A stretch of DNA of 64,000 nucleotides from Candidatus Acidiferrales bacterium (GTDB lineage Bacteria > Acidobacteriota > Terriglobia > Acidiferrales > UBA7541), in contig CAWADS010000046.1 of the NCBI GenBank assembly GCA_963780785.1, positions 21,543 through 85,542 on the forward strand, written 5' to 3'. A program made the position numbers and the translations under genes. Shown piece after piece: positions 30,491 through 40,735 of this stretch. Numbering within the stretch: the first letter of the stretch is position 1; each line of letters opens with the position of its first letter. The notes under the pieces are model-generated. The model saw nothing but the letters and a program-made list of their open reading frames with translations, did no database searches and was not told the DNA's origin.

Positions 30491-30763
30491 GTGCTGACCC
30501 TGCTTTTCCTGGTTATTCTGTATTTCCTGCCGACCATCATTGGGCGAGATAAGCGCGACGCCGCGGGAATCATCCTGCTCAACGTGTTCCTGGGATGGAC
30601 GGTGATCGGCTGGGTGATTGCGCTGGTGTGGGCCTGCACGGCGGAGCCGTATAGTCCGTTGAGGCTGGTCGCGGTGCCGGCCGGCGGACGGTTCTGCTGC
30701 CAGTGCGGCACGTTTGCCTGTCCGGGCGCGCACTTCTGCACTGCGTGTGGCCGGACGGTTTGA
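30491..30763 (+). CDS. Superinfection immunity (T4 Imm-like) membrane protein fused to a double zinc ribbon
   Basis: LYFLPTIIG...LLNVFLGWTVIGWVIALVWA is the Imm_superinfect pattern; C-terminal FCCQCG...FCTACG. Confidence 0.8.
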   Translation: MLTLLFLVILYFLPTIIGRDKRDAAGIILLNVFLGWTVIGWVIALVWACTAEPYSPLRLVAVPAGGRFCCQCGTFACPGAHFCTACGRTV

Positions 30764-30948
30764 TACTCTGAGGTCATTGCAAGGCAGCTCGGAGAAGGAA
30801 TCGAGCGGGCCAAGCGAAGAGTTTCCTGCGGAAAGCGCTTCGGACTTGAGCGAAAGTCCCAGGGTCTAAAGCCCGAATCCTTCGAGGATCTACGAAGTGA
30901 GCTGAAGCTCCCACCTCCAAAGAAGCATTCATGAGACGCTGTAGGACG

Positions 30949-31638
30949 ATGACCGAATCCAACACACAAAATTTGCGCGACGAGTTTAACCGCTGGGCGG
31001 AAGCGGGGCGCGGCGACGGCATGGAAGAAGACCACCTGCCGATCACGCTGCCGGTGCTCGAGAAGATGCGGCTGGAGCCGGCGGACAACGTGCTCGACGT
31101 GGGCTGCGGCGCGGGCTGGCTTTCGCGGCGGCTCGCGCGGATGGTGCCGGAGGGGCGCGTCGTCGGAATGGATATTTCCGATGAGATGATCCGCGTGGCG
31201 CGGCGGGGCAGCGTGGAACACGACCACGTGCTGTACGTAACCGGCGAAGTGGGCGAGATTCCCTGGGAGCCGAACTTCTTCACGCACGCGATTTCGGTGG
31301 AGTCCGCGTATTACTGGCCCGAGCCCGGCAAGGGCGTGAAGGAGATGTTTCGCGTGCTGCGGCCCGGCGGCACGGCGTGGATTCTGATCAACTACTACCG
31401 CGATAACCCGCATTGCCACCAGTGGGGCCCGTTGCTGGCGGTGGCGACGAAGCTGCTTTCGGCGGAGGAGTGGAGCGGGCTGTTTGGCGAAGCCGGATTC
31501 GAGGAGATTGCGCACGAGCGCGTGGCCGATCCTTCGCCTTCACCCGAAACGTATACGGGCCGGTGGTTCCGCGACGCCGCGCAACTGAAGGCCTTCAAGG
31601 CCGAAGGGGCGTTGCTGGTTTACGGAAAGAAAAACTGA
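30949..31638 (+). CDS. Class I SAM-dependent methyltransferase
   Basis: VLDVGCGAG, GMDIS, RVLRPGG. Confidence 0.88.
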   Translation: MTESNTQNLRDEFNRWAEAGRGDGMEEDHLPITLPVLEKMRLEPADNVLDVGCGAGWLSRRLARMVPEGRVVGMDISDEMIRVARRGSVEHDHVLYVTGEVGEIPWEPNFFTHAISVESAYYWPEPGKGVKEMFRVLRPGGTAWILINYYRDNPHCHQWGPLLAVATKLLSAEEWSGLFGEAGFEEIAHERVADPSPSPETYTGRWFRDAAQLKAFKAEGALLVYGKKN

Positions 31639-31937
31639 GGCGAGAAGCCCCTTTGCGTAGATGATTCGAGCGACCTTCCCGCGGACCTCAGGGGTTAAAA
31701 CCCCGGAATTTGTGGAGCGTTTCGGCACGGCTGAAGCCGTGCCCTCCCAGGAGCCGCCTACGAGATGGCCCTAGAATTTGGCGGCCAACAAAAGCGCATT
31801 TGATATTGCCTCTTTCGCGCAAAACGCGCGGGCCATCACGCGCCGGTTGAAAACTCCCTGCTAAATTGGAAGGAAGCACGCTCCAGAGTAATCAGGTGAA
31901 CTTGCGCGCGGACGGAGCTTCGCGCGGCGAACATTGC

Positions 31938-32885
31938 ATGAGCGCCTTTGCCTCAAAATATCAAGTGCTGGTGGTTGACGATTCGCCGGTGTACCGGAAA
32001 CTCGTCGAGCAGGTGCTGTGCGACGAGCCGTATTCGCTGCTGTTTGCGCGCAACGGCGAAGAAGCGCTGCGCATGTTCGAGGAGCACGCGCCGTGTATCG
32101 TGATTACGGACTGGATGATGCCCGATATTTCGGGGCCGGAATTGTGCCAGCGCATTCGCGCGGATAAGACGCAACCGTACACTTACGTGATCCTGATGAC
32201 CAGCAAAACGGAAAAGGACAACGTGGTGAAAGGGCTGCAAGCGGGCGCGGACGATTACCTGACGAAGCCGTTCGATCCCGGGGAAATGCTGGCGCGGATC
32301 GGCGTGGGAAGACGGATCGTGGACCTGAACCGCGAGCTTGCGGCGAAGAACGAGAAGCTGGAACAGGCGGCGCGCACGGATCCCTTGACGGGTTTGCCGA
32401 ACCGGCGGGCCATCGAGGACTGGGCGTCCAAGCAATTGCGCGGGGCGGCGCGGCACGGCTACTCGCTGTGGGTGGTGATCGGCGACATCGATAACTTCAA
32501 GAACATCAACGACACGTTCGGGCACGACGCGGGCGACGCGGTGCTGAAGACATTCGCGGAAGGATTGAAGAAGAACACGCGCGCTTCGGACATTTCCGGG
32601 CGCCTGGGCGGCGACGAGTTTCTGCTGGTGGTCACGCACGTGGATCCAGAAGATGTGCAAGCGACGGTGAACCGCTTCCGGGAACAGTTTGCGGCGCTGT
32701 CGTTTCCGCTGGCGGGGCAGAGCGTGGGAGTGACGGCGAGTTTTGGCGTGGCGGGATTTCAGGGCAAGGATGTGCAGGATTTTTCGGTGCTGGTGCGCCA
32801 GGCGGACCAGATGCTGTACGAGGCAAAACGCGCCGGGCGAAATCAGGTGCGCGTGGCACATCCGATGGACGTTAAAGCAGGGTAA
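31938..32885 (+). CDS. Response regulator diguanylate cyclase (REC-GGDEF)
   Basis: VVDD, TDWMMP, DYLTKPF; DPLTGLPNRR, RASD I-site, GRLGGDEF. Confidence 0.92.
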   Translation: MSAFASKYQVLVVDDSPVYRKLVEQVLCDEPYSLLFARNGEEALRMFEEHAPCIVITDWMMPDISGPELCQRIRADKTQPYTYVILMTSKTEKDNVVKGLQAGADDYLTKPFDPGEMLARIGVGRRIVDLNRELAAKNEKLEQAARTDPLTGLPNRRAIEDWASKQLRGAARHGYSLWVVIGDIDNFKNINDTFGHDAGDAVLKTFAEGLKKNTRASDISGRLGGDEFLLVVTHVDPEDVQATVNRFREQFAALSFPLAGQSVGVTASFGVAGFQGKDVQDFSVLVRQADQMLYEAKRAGRNQVRVAHPMDVKAG

Positions 32886-32919
32886 GATTTGCGGCAAAGC
32901 AGGAGATGCAGGTGCGCGG

Positions 32920-33744
32920 ATGTCATTTTTGAGCGAAAGTGTGGCGGTGATTACGGGCGCGGGTTCGGGGATGGGGCGCTGCCTGGCGCAACAATTGGGG
33001 GCGATGGGAGCATCACTGGCGTTATCGGACGTAGACGAGAAAGGGCTGGCGGAGACGGCGGCGCTGCTGGGCAACGCTCGCGGAAAGGTAACGCAGCACC
33101 GCGTGGACGTGAGCGATACGGCGAGCGTGAAGGCGTTCGCGGAGGAAGTGGAGGCGCAGCACGGGCGAGCGTCGGTGGTGTTCAACAATGCAGGAGTGGC
33201 GCTGCTGGGAAACTTCGAGGAGCTTTCGCTGGAAGATTTCCGCTGGCTGATGGACGTGAATTTCTGGGGCGTGATTCACGGCGTGCACTTTTTCCTGCCG
33301 CTGCTGAAGAAGGAGAAACGCGCGCACATCGTGAACACGTCCAGCCTGCTGGGATTTGTGGGCGCGATCGGGCAAAGCGCGTACTGCGCGAGCAAGTTCG
33401 CGGTACGGGGATTTACGGAATCGCTGCAGCACGAACTGGCCGGCACAAACGTTTTTGTGACCACCGTGCATCCGGGGTTTGTGCGGACAGCGATTGCGAA
33501 TCAGGCGCGGCTGGGACAGAACGCGGGCGAGGGCCTGCGTCAGCAGAGTCTGAACCGGTTCCGTCGCATCACGCGAACGAGTCCGGAAGTGGCGGCGGCC
33601 AAGATACTGCGCGCCGTGGAGCGACGCCGCACGCGCGTGCTGATTGGCCCGGACGCGTATTTCGTGGAGATTTTGCAGCGGCTACGGCCCACAGGGTACT
33701 GGCCGACGCTTGCCAGACAATTTAAAGACCCATCGGCGAAGTGA
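32920..33744 (+). CDS. Short-chain dehydrogenase/reductase
   Basis: TGAGSGMG, NNAGV, YCASK. Confidence 0.88.
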   Translation: MSFLSESVAVITGAGSGMGRCLAQQLGAMGASLALSDVDEKGLAETAALLGNARGKVTQHRVDVSDTASVKAFAEEVEAQHGRASVVFNNAGVALLGNFEELSLEDFRWLMDVNFWGVIHGVHFFLPLLKKEKRAHIVNTSSLLGFVGAIGQSAYCASKFAVRGFTESLQHELAGTNVFVTTVHPGFVRTAIANQARLGQNAGEGLRQQSLNRFRRITRTSPEVAAAKILRAVERRRTRVLIGPDAYFVEILQRLRPTGYWPTLARQFKDPSAK

Positions 33745-33822
33745 GCCTACGATCGTGCGCCATGTTGCCCTCAGTGGTTGAAACCCCGGCCGCCTAAGTA
33801 GAAAAGATTTTTCAGCGGGCTG

Positions 33823-34917
33823 TTAGAGTGAAGCAGAGGAGCGGGTGGAGGCGGAGCGTTTCTTGGGAATGCCTTTGGGATGGCAATCGAGGCATTTGAC
33901 GAAGTGAATGTTGTGAGGGCTCTTGGTAGAGGCAAAGGTGGTGTCCATTTTTTCGACATCGAGGCCGCAATTGGAGAGGCGCGGATGGCAGGTGGAGCAG
34001 GACGCGCGGGTGTGCTGGCCGTGTTTCTGATGACACGCTAAACAACTGAGACCTTCATGGACGCCGACGGGCGTGCGGTCGTCGCCAGAATGCACTTCCA
34101 TGCTGGCGAGGGGCGCGTGGCACTGATAACAGAGAGACTGGCGGGGATCGGGGCTGATCTTCACAGGGCGGCCAGAATCAAACATCACAGGCAACGGTAA
34201 GAGAGCGACGGAGAAATTGGCGCGTTCGCGGCGATCGAAGAAGCCGAGGGAAGGTCGATAGAGTTCTTCGCGGCCGGCCGATTTGGCGTTGGAATCACTG
34301 TCGTCATCTTTGTAAAGCAGGTCGCCGCTGCGGTGCATGGCGTGGCACGTGAGGCAAGGGATGACTGGTTGATGAACGACGGAAGCTGGCAAGAGCTTCC
34401 AGGGACCTTCGATATTCAGCGGCGCGACGAGTTCGCGGATGCCGCCATCAAAAAACATGCCGTGGCAGCGAAGACAATCGTCCATCAAAAGGCGGCTGCG
34501 GTTGTGCTTTTGATCGAGGAAAACAGTTTCGTAGGTGATGCCGTGCGGGCCGTTCCGCCACTGCGCGGCTTCCTGCTGATGGCATTTCTGGCAGCGGCCG
34601 ACCATAGCGTTGACATCCAAATTGCGGAGACGAATGGGATCACGGTAAGCACCGCGAATGTGCTGGACGAGGCGGCGAGCGTTGCCCAAGTGGAAGCCGG
34701 GATCAAATGTGAGAATCTCGCCATGGCACGCGCCGCATGCGACGGCGCGGTGACTCGAGGTTTGCCAGGAAGAGTGTTCCGAGCGGATTTCGTGACACCG
34801 GGCGCAGGATTCTCCGGCGGAATATTCATAGTATAGGCTGGCAGCGGGAATGCCGAGAACAATCAGAACGCCGATGGCGACAGCAAGAAGAGCCAGGCGG
34901 GAGCGGAGAAAAGCCAT
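33823..34917 (-). CDS. Membrane-anchored multiheme cytochrome c (9 CxxCH)
   Basis: N-terminal TM helix; CARCH, CGACH, CQKCH, CLRCH, CLTCH, CYQCH, CLACH, CSTCH, CLDCH. Confidence 0.88.
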   Translation of the reverse strand: MAFLRSRLALLAVAIGVLIVLGIPAASLYYEYSAGESCARCHEIRSEHSSWQTSSHRAVACGACHGEILTFDPGFHLGNARRLVQHIRGAYRDPIRLRNLDVNAMVGRCQKCHQQEAAQWRNGPHGITYETVFLDQKHNRSRLLMDDCLRCHGMFFDGGIRELVAPLNIEGPWKLLPASVVHQPVIPCLTCHAMHRSGDLLYKDDDSDSNAKSAGREELYRPSLGFFDRRERANFSVALLPLPVMFDSGRPVKISPDPRQSLCYQCHAPLASMEVHSGDDRTPVGVHEGLSCLACHQKHGQHTRASCSTCHPRLSNCGLDVEKMDTTFASTKSPHNIHFVKCLDCHPKGIPKKRSASTRSSASL

Positions 34918-34919
34918 GG

Positions 34920-36562
34920 CTAGACTTTTCCTTTCCAGGATTGCACAAGGTGCGCGGAAGCGCGGTAAGCGTTGGCAAGAATGGTGAGGACGGGATTGAA
35001 ACCGCCGTTGGTGATATGGACGCTGCCGTCAATCACGTACAGATTGTCGGTATCGTGGACGCGGCACCAGGAATCAACCACGGAGGTTTTGGGATCGCTG
35101 CCCATGCGGCAGGTCCCCGCCTGATGCTGGCCGCCGCTGATGCCGTTGCCAGGAACATTCGCCAGGTCTGGATGGCCCCGGCCTCCTTGAGCCAGGCCTC
35201 CGCCTTCGTGGCCATGACGCCAGCAATTTCCAAGGTGTGCGGGTGCTGGTAGCCGGAGAGCTGCGCCACCGGCATGCCCCAAAAATCCTTGACCGAGGGA
35301 TCGAGTTGCACGCGGGAATCGAAGACCGGCATTTCCTGCGTGGGTCCCATGATTTTGATGGTGCGGCGATAAGCCTTGCGCATGAAATCCTTGTGGGCTT
35401 TGCCCCAACGAATGCCATTCGGCGGCATGTCCACGGCCTGGTAAGGCAGGCGAATGAATTCATTGGCGAGCATGGCGCCGCCGCGCAGACCAGGATTGCC
35501 GTGGTTGTAATCGCAGATGGCGATGTTGGCGCCGGGACCGACGTCGTCGTAAGTGTCGAAATCAAACAGGCCTGTTGCACCGGAATAGGCGTGGCCTTGA
35601 AGATTGCGGCCGACCCAATCGAAGCGGTTGCCCAGGCCGTTGGGGAAGAGTTTGCTTTTGGAATTGAGCAGGAGACGCGCGGATTCGATGGCGGCGCCGG
35701 ACACGATGACGAGATCGGCAGGCTGCTCCTGAAGACGGTCGTGCGCGTCGAAATACGAAACACCGGTGATTTTGCCCTGATCGGTGGTGAGGATTTCCTT
35801 AACCATGCAGCCGAGCCGCAAATCGCAAAGGCCGGTGGCGAGGGCGCGAGGAATGACGGTATTGTGAGTGCCGCACTTGGCGTCCACTTCACAAACGAAA
35901 CCCACGCACCAGCGGCAACGCATGCAGGGAGGGCGGCCGTTGTAAGGAACGCTGTTGCGGAGCATGGGCAGATCGAAAGGATGGAGGCCGAGTCGCAGCG
36001 CGGCGGGCTTGAGGATTTCATACTCGCGCGTGGGAGAGAGAGGCGGCATCGGGAGCGGCCTGGCGCGCGGACCTTTGAAGGGATCGTTGGTGACATCGCC
36101 GGACACGCCGATTTCATATTCGGCTTTTTCGTAGAACGGCGCGAGATCGTCGTAGCTGATGGGCCAATCGTCGAGGGTGCTGCCTTCTGGCGCGCCGTAG
36201 GTGGAGCGCATGCGGAAATCTTTCGGCTGGTAACGCCAGGCCATGGCGCCGTAGGTGAGCGTGCCGCCGCCGATGCAAGCGGCGTTGTTGCTGTAGCCGC
36301 CTTCGCTGGGAAGAACGACGTGGCGGTGGGCGTCGCGGTCCACGAAGACGCGGGGGTTGCGCTCGTCGTCGGGCCCGGAGTTGTTGCCAAGGATGGAGGT
36401 GCGCTGGTTGCGGAGATCATCCTTGCGGCAATCGTTGGCGGTGTACCGGCGGCCGCGCTCGAGGAGCGCAACACGAAGGCCCGCTTCGCAGAGTTCCTTG
36501 GCGACAACGCCGCCCCCGGCTCCCGCTCCGATCACGACGGCGTTCACGCGTGGCAAAGACAT
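34920..36562 (-). CDS. GMC-family flavoprotein dehydrogenase (frameshift near 35155)
   Basis: GAGAGG FAD motif, GGGT, WPISY, CxxCxxC..C cluster motif; HQAGTCRMG and NPVLT in the next frame. Confidence 0.88.
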
Positions 36563-36571
36563 GGGGCGGCG

Positions 36572-37102
36572 TCAGCCTTTCCTGGGGAATTCGTAGTGGT
36601 CGCGGCCGCGGATGGGAATCACGGGAATACCGAGCATGCGCCAACTGACGGCATCGCGATTTCCGTTGTGGCGGGCATCGCCGTAGAAGCCTTGCATGGT
36701 GTGTGCGATGACCATGTCGAAGAAGGGCTGCAGTGAAGCGGGGAGTCGATTGAGGAAGGTGGTTTGCGTATCGAAAGGAAGATCAGCGAACGGCTGGCCA
36801 TGTGCGGCACGGCATGCAGTATCGAGTGCCGCGACACCGCTGCGGTAGGCGGATTGGAGTTTGCGGAAGTGGCTGACGAGTTGGGAATCAATGTAGTAGA
36901 TCGTGCCAGCCCACGCGGCACCGGGATCCTGATCGGCGGGAATAATCTGTTCGCAGAGAGCTTCGATGCTGTGCGCCTCGCCGGGGGTAAAGAAGCGCCA
37001 CGGACCGGCGTGGCGACCGCAGGAGATCAACACGGAAGAAGCAGCAGCGGTGGCTGCGACTTGCAGGAAGCGGCGTCGCGTGAGGGCACTGCGTTTGGAC
37101 AT
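36572..37102 (-). CDS. Gluconate 2-dehydrogenase subunit 3 family, Tat-signal chaperone subunit
   Basis: TRRRFLQ, CEQIIPADQDPGA, HTMQGFYGD..HNGNRD.VSW. Confidence 0.85.
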   Translation of the reverse strand: MSKRSALTRRRFLQVAATAAASSVLISCGRHAGPWRFFTPGEAHSIEALCEQIIPADQDPGAAWAGTIYYIDSQLVSHFRKLQSAYRSGVAALDTACRAAHGQPFADLPFDTQTTFLNRLPASLQPFFDMVIAHTMQGFYGDARHNGNRDAVSWRMLGIPVIPIRGRDHYEFPRKG

Positions 37103-37513
37103 GGCCTGAACCTCAGGTGAAGCGCGCCGAGGCAGGGCACGCCTCACAGAAAGGCGCCCGAAGGTGATGGAACGGATCCAGAAGCCGGCAAATGAGAAAA
37201 AAACAAAAAGACAGGCCAACCGACGCCTGAGATCTTGCGGGAATCGTAGTGAAGAGCGGGCGGAGAAGATGTGACAGGAATCACGCGAATGGGGCAGCTT
37301 TGCACGCAAGAGAGGCCGGGAACGGGGCATCAAAGAGGCAAGAGGGCACCCTGGCAGCAGGGGGAGCGTAATCGATTGCGACAAGACTAAAGGGTGTTAG
37401 GCTTAAGCCGTAAGGGGTCGTCTGGAATCCGGTTTCCACTGCCGGCAGGACAGCCACGAGGTGAACAACCTGCAAGGTTGGGCTGCGCTTGCAGGACGCA
37501 AATGGAGGTGCCC

Positions 37514-38164
37514 ATGACCTCAGCGACACGATTCACTGTCAGCCTGATTCTCGCCACGTTTTTTCTGATGCTCCGCACTTCGGCAGCGGGACAAGATCCG
37601 AAACCAAAACCTGAAAACACGATCAGCGTGCGCCTGGGTGATCCGGTGCCGGCACAGAAGTTTGCGAACCCGCCGAAGTTCTGGATCAGCGATGTGATCG
37701 ACCGTTCCGGGAATCCACAGCCGATGCTGGTGCTGAAGGAGCGCGGCGGAATTTTTCTGGACCGGCAGCCCACGGCAATCGTCCGCGAGGCGCTGGAAGA
37801 GTCGTTGCGGGCAGCGAACCTGCTGGCCACGGATGCGAATTCGGCGGATCTGGTGCTGAAGGTTTACTTGTTCCAATTCGGACTGGCGCAAGGATCGCAG
37901 CTCGATTTTTTTGGCAAGGTGGAATTCACGGCGATGGTGAAGAATCTCAAAAGTGGAGAGTCGCAGGAAGTGAAGGCGGCAGGTACCTCGATCGCCAAAG
38001 CGGCGGTACTGAAGAAAAACATCCAGAAGAATGTGCAAGACGACGTGGAGGAGTCATTGAGGGATGCGGTGCGGAATTTTCTGCGCGGGCAGCAGTTGAA
38101 AGATGCGGTCGGAGCGCTGCGGAAGATGACGGACGCTGCGCCGGCGGCTACACCCAGTCCGTAA
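37514..38164 (+). CDS. Secreted hypothetical protein (YajG-like fold possible)
   Basis: GGAGG RBS, signal peptide, VIDR and 'VREALEESL' pattern. Confidence 0.6.
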   Translation: MTSATRFTVSLILATFFLMLRTSAAGQDPKPKPENTISVRLGDPVPAQKFANPPKFWISDVIDRSGNPQPMLVLKERGGIFLDRQPTAIVREALEESLRAANLLATDANSADLVLKVYLFQFGLAQGSQLDFFGKVEFTAMVKNLKSGESQEVKAAGTSIAKAAVLKKNIQKNVQDDVEESLRDAVRNFLRGQQLKDAVGALRKMTDAAPAATPSP

Positions 38165-38235
38165 GCAGCCGCGCGAGGCGAAAGAGCTTCATCCATGGGC
38201 CACTGAAGAGTTCACGTGGATAAGGAGGGTACCCA

Positions 38236-38748
38236 ATGCGAAACCGGATCGGTTTGCTGATGATTGCGTTGCTGCTGGCTTGTTCGGCCGCAGCGGCGAA
38301 AGAGAAAGATGGGACGCCGCAGTTCAAGACGGCGGAGGCCAAGCATTTTACGCAGGCGGAGGGTGTTGAGCTGTCACCGGCGTTTGGCGATTATTTTTAT
38401 GCGGAACTCCGCGAGGAGCTGAAGAAAGCAAAGCTGGCAGGCGAAGTGATCGGGGAGGGAGAAACAGTGGACGACGCCGACGCGCCGCAATCCATCGTGA
38501 TCACCGGAACATTCACGGAATACAAAAAAGGCAGCGTGGTGAAAAGCGCGCTGATTGGGTTTGGAGCGGGAATGCGCAGCCTGAAAATGGACGCGGATGT
38601 GTTGAGGAGGAGCGACAATCAACACCTGGGCGTAGTGCACCTCCGGGTGAAGATTGACCCGAGGTGGGACGAGAAGACCATGGCGAAATTTGCCGCGCAA
38701 CAGATCGTTAAGGACATGAAAGGGGCGCTGAAAGCCCAGGCAAAGTAG
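38236..38748 (+). CDS. Secreted DUF4410-like protein
   Basis: AAGGAGG RBS, signal peptide, ITGTFTEYKKGS..KSALIGFGAG. Confidence 0.7.
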   Translation: MRNRIGLLMIALLLACSAAAAKEKDGTPQFKTAEAKHFTQAEGVELSPAFGDYFYAELREELKKAKLAGEVIGEGETVDDADAPQSIVITGTFTEYKKGSVVKSALIGFGAGMRSLKMDADVLRRSDNQHLGVVHLRVKIDPRWDEKTMAKFAAQQIVKDMKGALKAQAK

Positions 38749-38761
38749 AGCGGAGCGGGGT

Positions 38762-40174
38762 ATGGAAGAGGATAGGGCACGGCGGGCCAGACGAAAAAAT
38801 GCGGCAGGAGCGAGGCTGGTGGCGATATTTGTGCTGGCGGCGCTGGCGATGCTGTGGCCGAAGGCGCTGATGGCGGGATCGAAGGTGAAGCTGCGTGGGT
38901 ACGTCACGGGCAGAGCAGTTGACGGTACGTTGTTGATCCTCGATGACCGGCTGGAAATAACGCCGGCGAGCCGCATACTGGGGCAGGATGCCACGGGCGA
39001 GCACCCCATGAAGGCGGAAGAAATCACCGTCGGCACGTTGGTTGACACCGAGGGGCAATGGCTGGACAAGCACAAATTCTTTGCGGAAAAGATCACCATT
39101 GATCTGCGGGAAAGCGGAAAGAAAATACACGGCAAGGCCTATTTGCAGGAGGAGCCGGCGGACGCGAGCAAGATCGCCGCGGGAGAGGCGGGCGAACTCA
39201 AGCTGGATGGTTACTGGCTGGAAGTGAGCCCCACCGCGAAGCGGGAGTGGGACCCGGACAAGGCGGCAGGAGCGAAAACGGCGGCAGTAAACGGAAAACT
39301 TGCGGCATGCCACGTCAATTACACAGGTATTCAAAGGAAAGACGGGAAGCTGGAAGCAGAGCAACTGGAGCTGGGACCGCCCGCCGCGGCAGATGCGTAC
39401 AAAATGCCGCATGACCTGGAAGTGGCGCGGGCGAAAGATCCGCAGACGGGGATTGATATTCTGGAGTTCCGGGAGGGCAAAAAGGTACGCGGGCGATTGA
39501 AGCTGCTGGCCGAAAGGAGCGTGCAGGAGTATGTCTCGCACATGGGGGATTCGTTGTTGCCGGCAGGCGCGGAAGGCACGAGCCGGCCGATTGAGTTTCG
39601 GTTTTTCGTGATTGAAGATCCATCCATCAACGCAGCTTCCCTGCCGGACGGCACACTCTTGATCAACACGGGCCTGCTGGGGGTGGTGGAAAATGAGGCG
39701 CAACTTGCGTTTGTGCTGAGCCACGAAATGGCGCACGTGCTGCAGGCTCACTATAAACGGGAGATGGACGAGACGCGGGGTTCGCGCGTGGGATTGACGA
39801 TTGCGGGAATCGCCGCCGGAGCGTTCATCGGCAACCTGGGGATCTTTATGGCGGAAGTGGGAATCGCTTCCGCGGTGAATGGCCACCAGCGGGAACTGGA
39901 AAACCAGGCCGACCGGCTGGGGCTGCAGAACATGATTGAGCACGGGTACGATCCGCGGGAGGCGCCGAATTTTTCGCGGATCATCATCGACCGATACGGG
40001 GATCGCAGCACCAGCAAGTTGTGGTCGAATCATGATTCGAGCCTGATCCGCGGCAGCTTCCTGACGATTCAGTTGATGCGGGAATATCCGGACAATTCAT
40101 GGGGGGACATGAAAAAGACAACGAAGGCGTTCCAGACAATGAAGGAAGATCTGGGGCCGGTGAAGATTATGTGA
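38762..40174 (+). CDS. M48 family metalloprotease with N-terminal beta-domains
   Basis: INAASLPDG, EAQLAFVLSHEMAH (HExxH), ENQADRLG, GYDP. Confidence 0.85.
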   Translation: MEEDRARRARRKNAAGARLVAIFVLAALAMLWPKALMAGSKVKLRGYVTGRAVDGTLLILDDRLEITPASRILGQDATGEHPMKAEEITVGTLVDTEGQWLDKHKFFAEKITIDLRESGKKIHGKAYLQEEPADASKIAAGEAGELKLDGYWLEVSPTAKREWDPDKAAGAKTAAVNGKLAACHVNYTGIQRKDGKLEAEQLELGPPAAADAYKMPHDLEVARAKDPQTGIDILEFREGKKVRGRLKLLAERSVQEYVSHMGDSLLPAGAEGTSRPIEFRFFVIEDPSINAASLPDGTLLINTGLLGVVENEAQLAFVLSHEMAHVLQAHYKREMDETRGSRVGLTIAGIAAGAFIGNLGIFMAEVGIASAVNGHQRELENQADRLGLQNMIEHGYDPREAPNFSRIIIDRYGDRSTSKLWSNHDSSLIRGSFLTIQLMREYPDNSWGDMKKTTKAFQTMKEDLGPVKIM

Positions 40175-40297
40175 GGGAACGCAGCGGGAGGTTGCGCGAA
40201 TGGCCTTCCAATCAAAGAGCGCAAAAACTGGAACAATCCCATCCCTCCAAGTCTCTCCGACTCAGCAATTCTCGACAATTTTTCCCGGCAAGGGGCC

Positions 40298-40735
40298 CTA
40301 AAGTTTGCGGAGGGCTGGGGGAAGAATGCCAGCCAGGGAGTAGGAGCCCCCGCCGGTGATAAAAAGGCCGAGGGCGAGCAGGAATTCCGTAAGAGCGTAC
40401 TCCATACCATTGGCCGCAAGGTTGAAGCCGTGGGGAAGATGGACCAGGAAGATCGCGCCGGCCATCACGATCATGATGCAGACAGCGCCGACGCGGACAA
40501 GGGCGCCCGTGAGCAAAGCGAGTCCACCCGCGAATTGCGCCAGACCTACAAGGAAACCGACGATTAACGGAGTGTGCATGAAGCCCGCGAAACCATGAAT
40601 GCCGGGGCCCCCAAAGGCGCCAAAGAGGATGGCACTGCCGTGGTAGAGAAAGACAAGTGCGCCGGCGATGCGGAAGATGAGCAGGGCGAGATCGAGTTTA
40701 CCGGGAGCCGCAGAAGACAATGTGGGCGAAGCCAT
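40298..40735 (-). CDS. DoxX family membrane protein
   Basis: LLIFRI, HG, FAGGL, VHL.HGF, GMEY, GGGSYSL. Confidence 0.85.
   Translation of the reverse strand: MASPTLSSAAPGKLDLALLIFRIAGALVFLYHGSAILFGAFGGPGIHGFAGFMHTPLIVGFLVGLAQFAGGLALLTGALVRVGAVCIMIVMAGAIFLVHLPHGFNLAANGMEYALTEFLLALGLFITGGGSYSLAGILPPALRKL

Noticed and set aside
35074-36507. 477-aa alternative-frame ORF inside the GMC gene
   Set aside because: Ser/Ala/Pro/Thr-rich translation typical of an off-frame read of biased codons.
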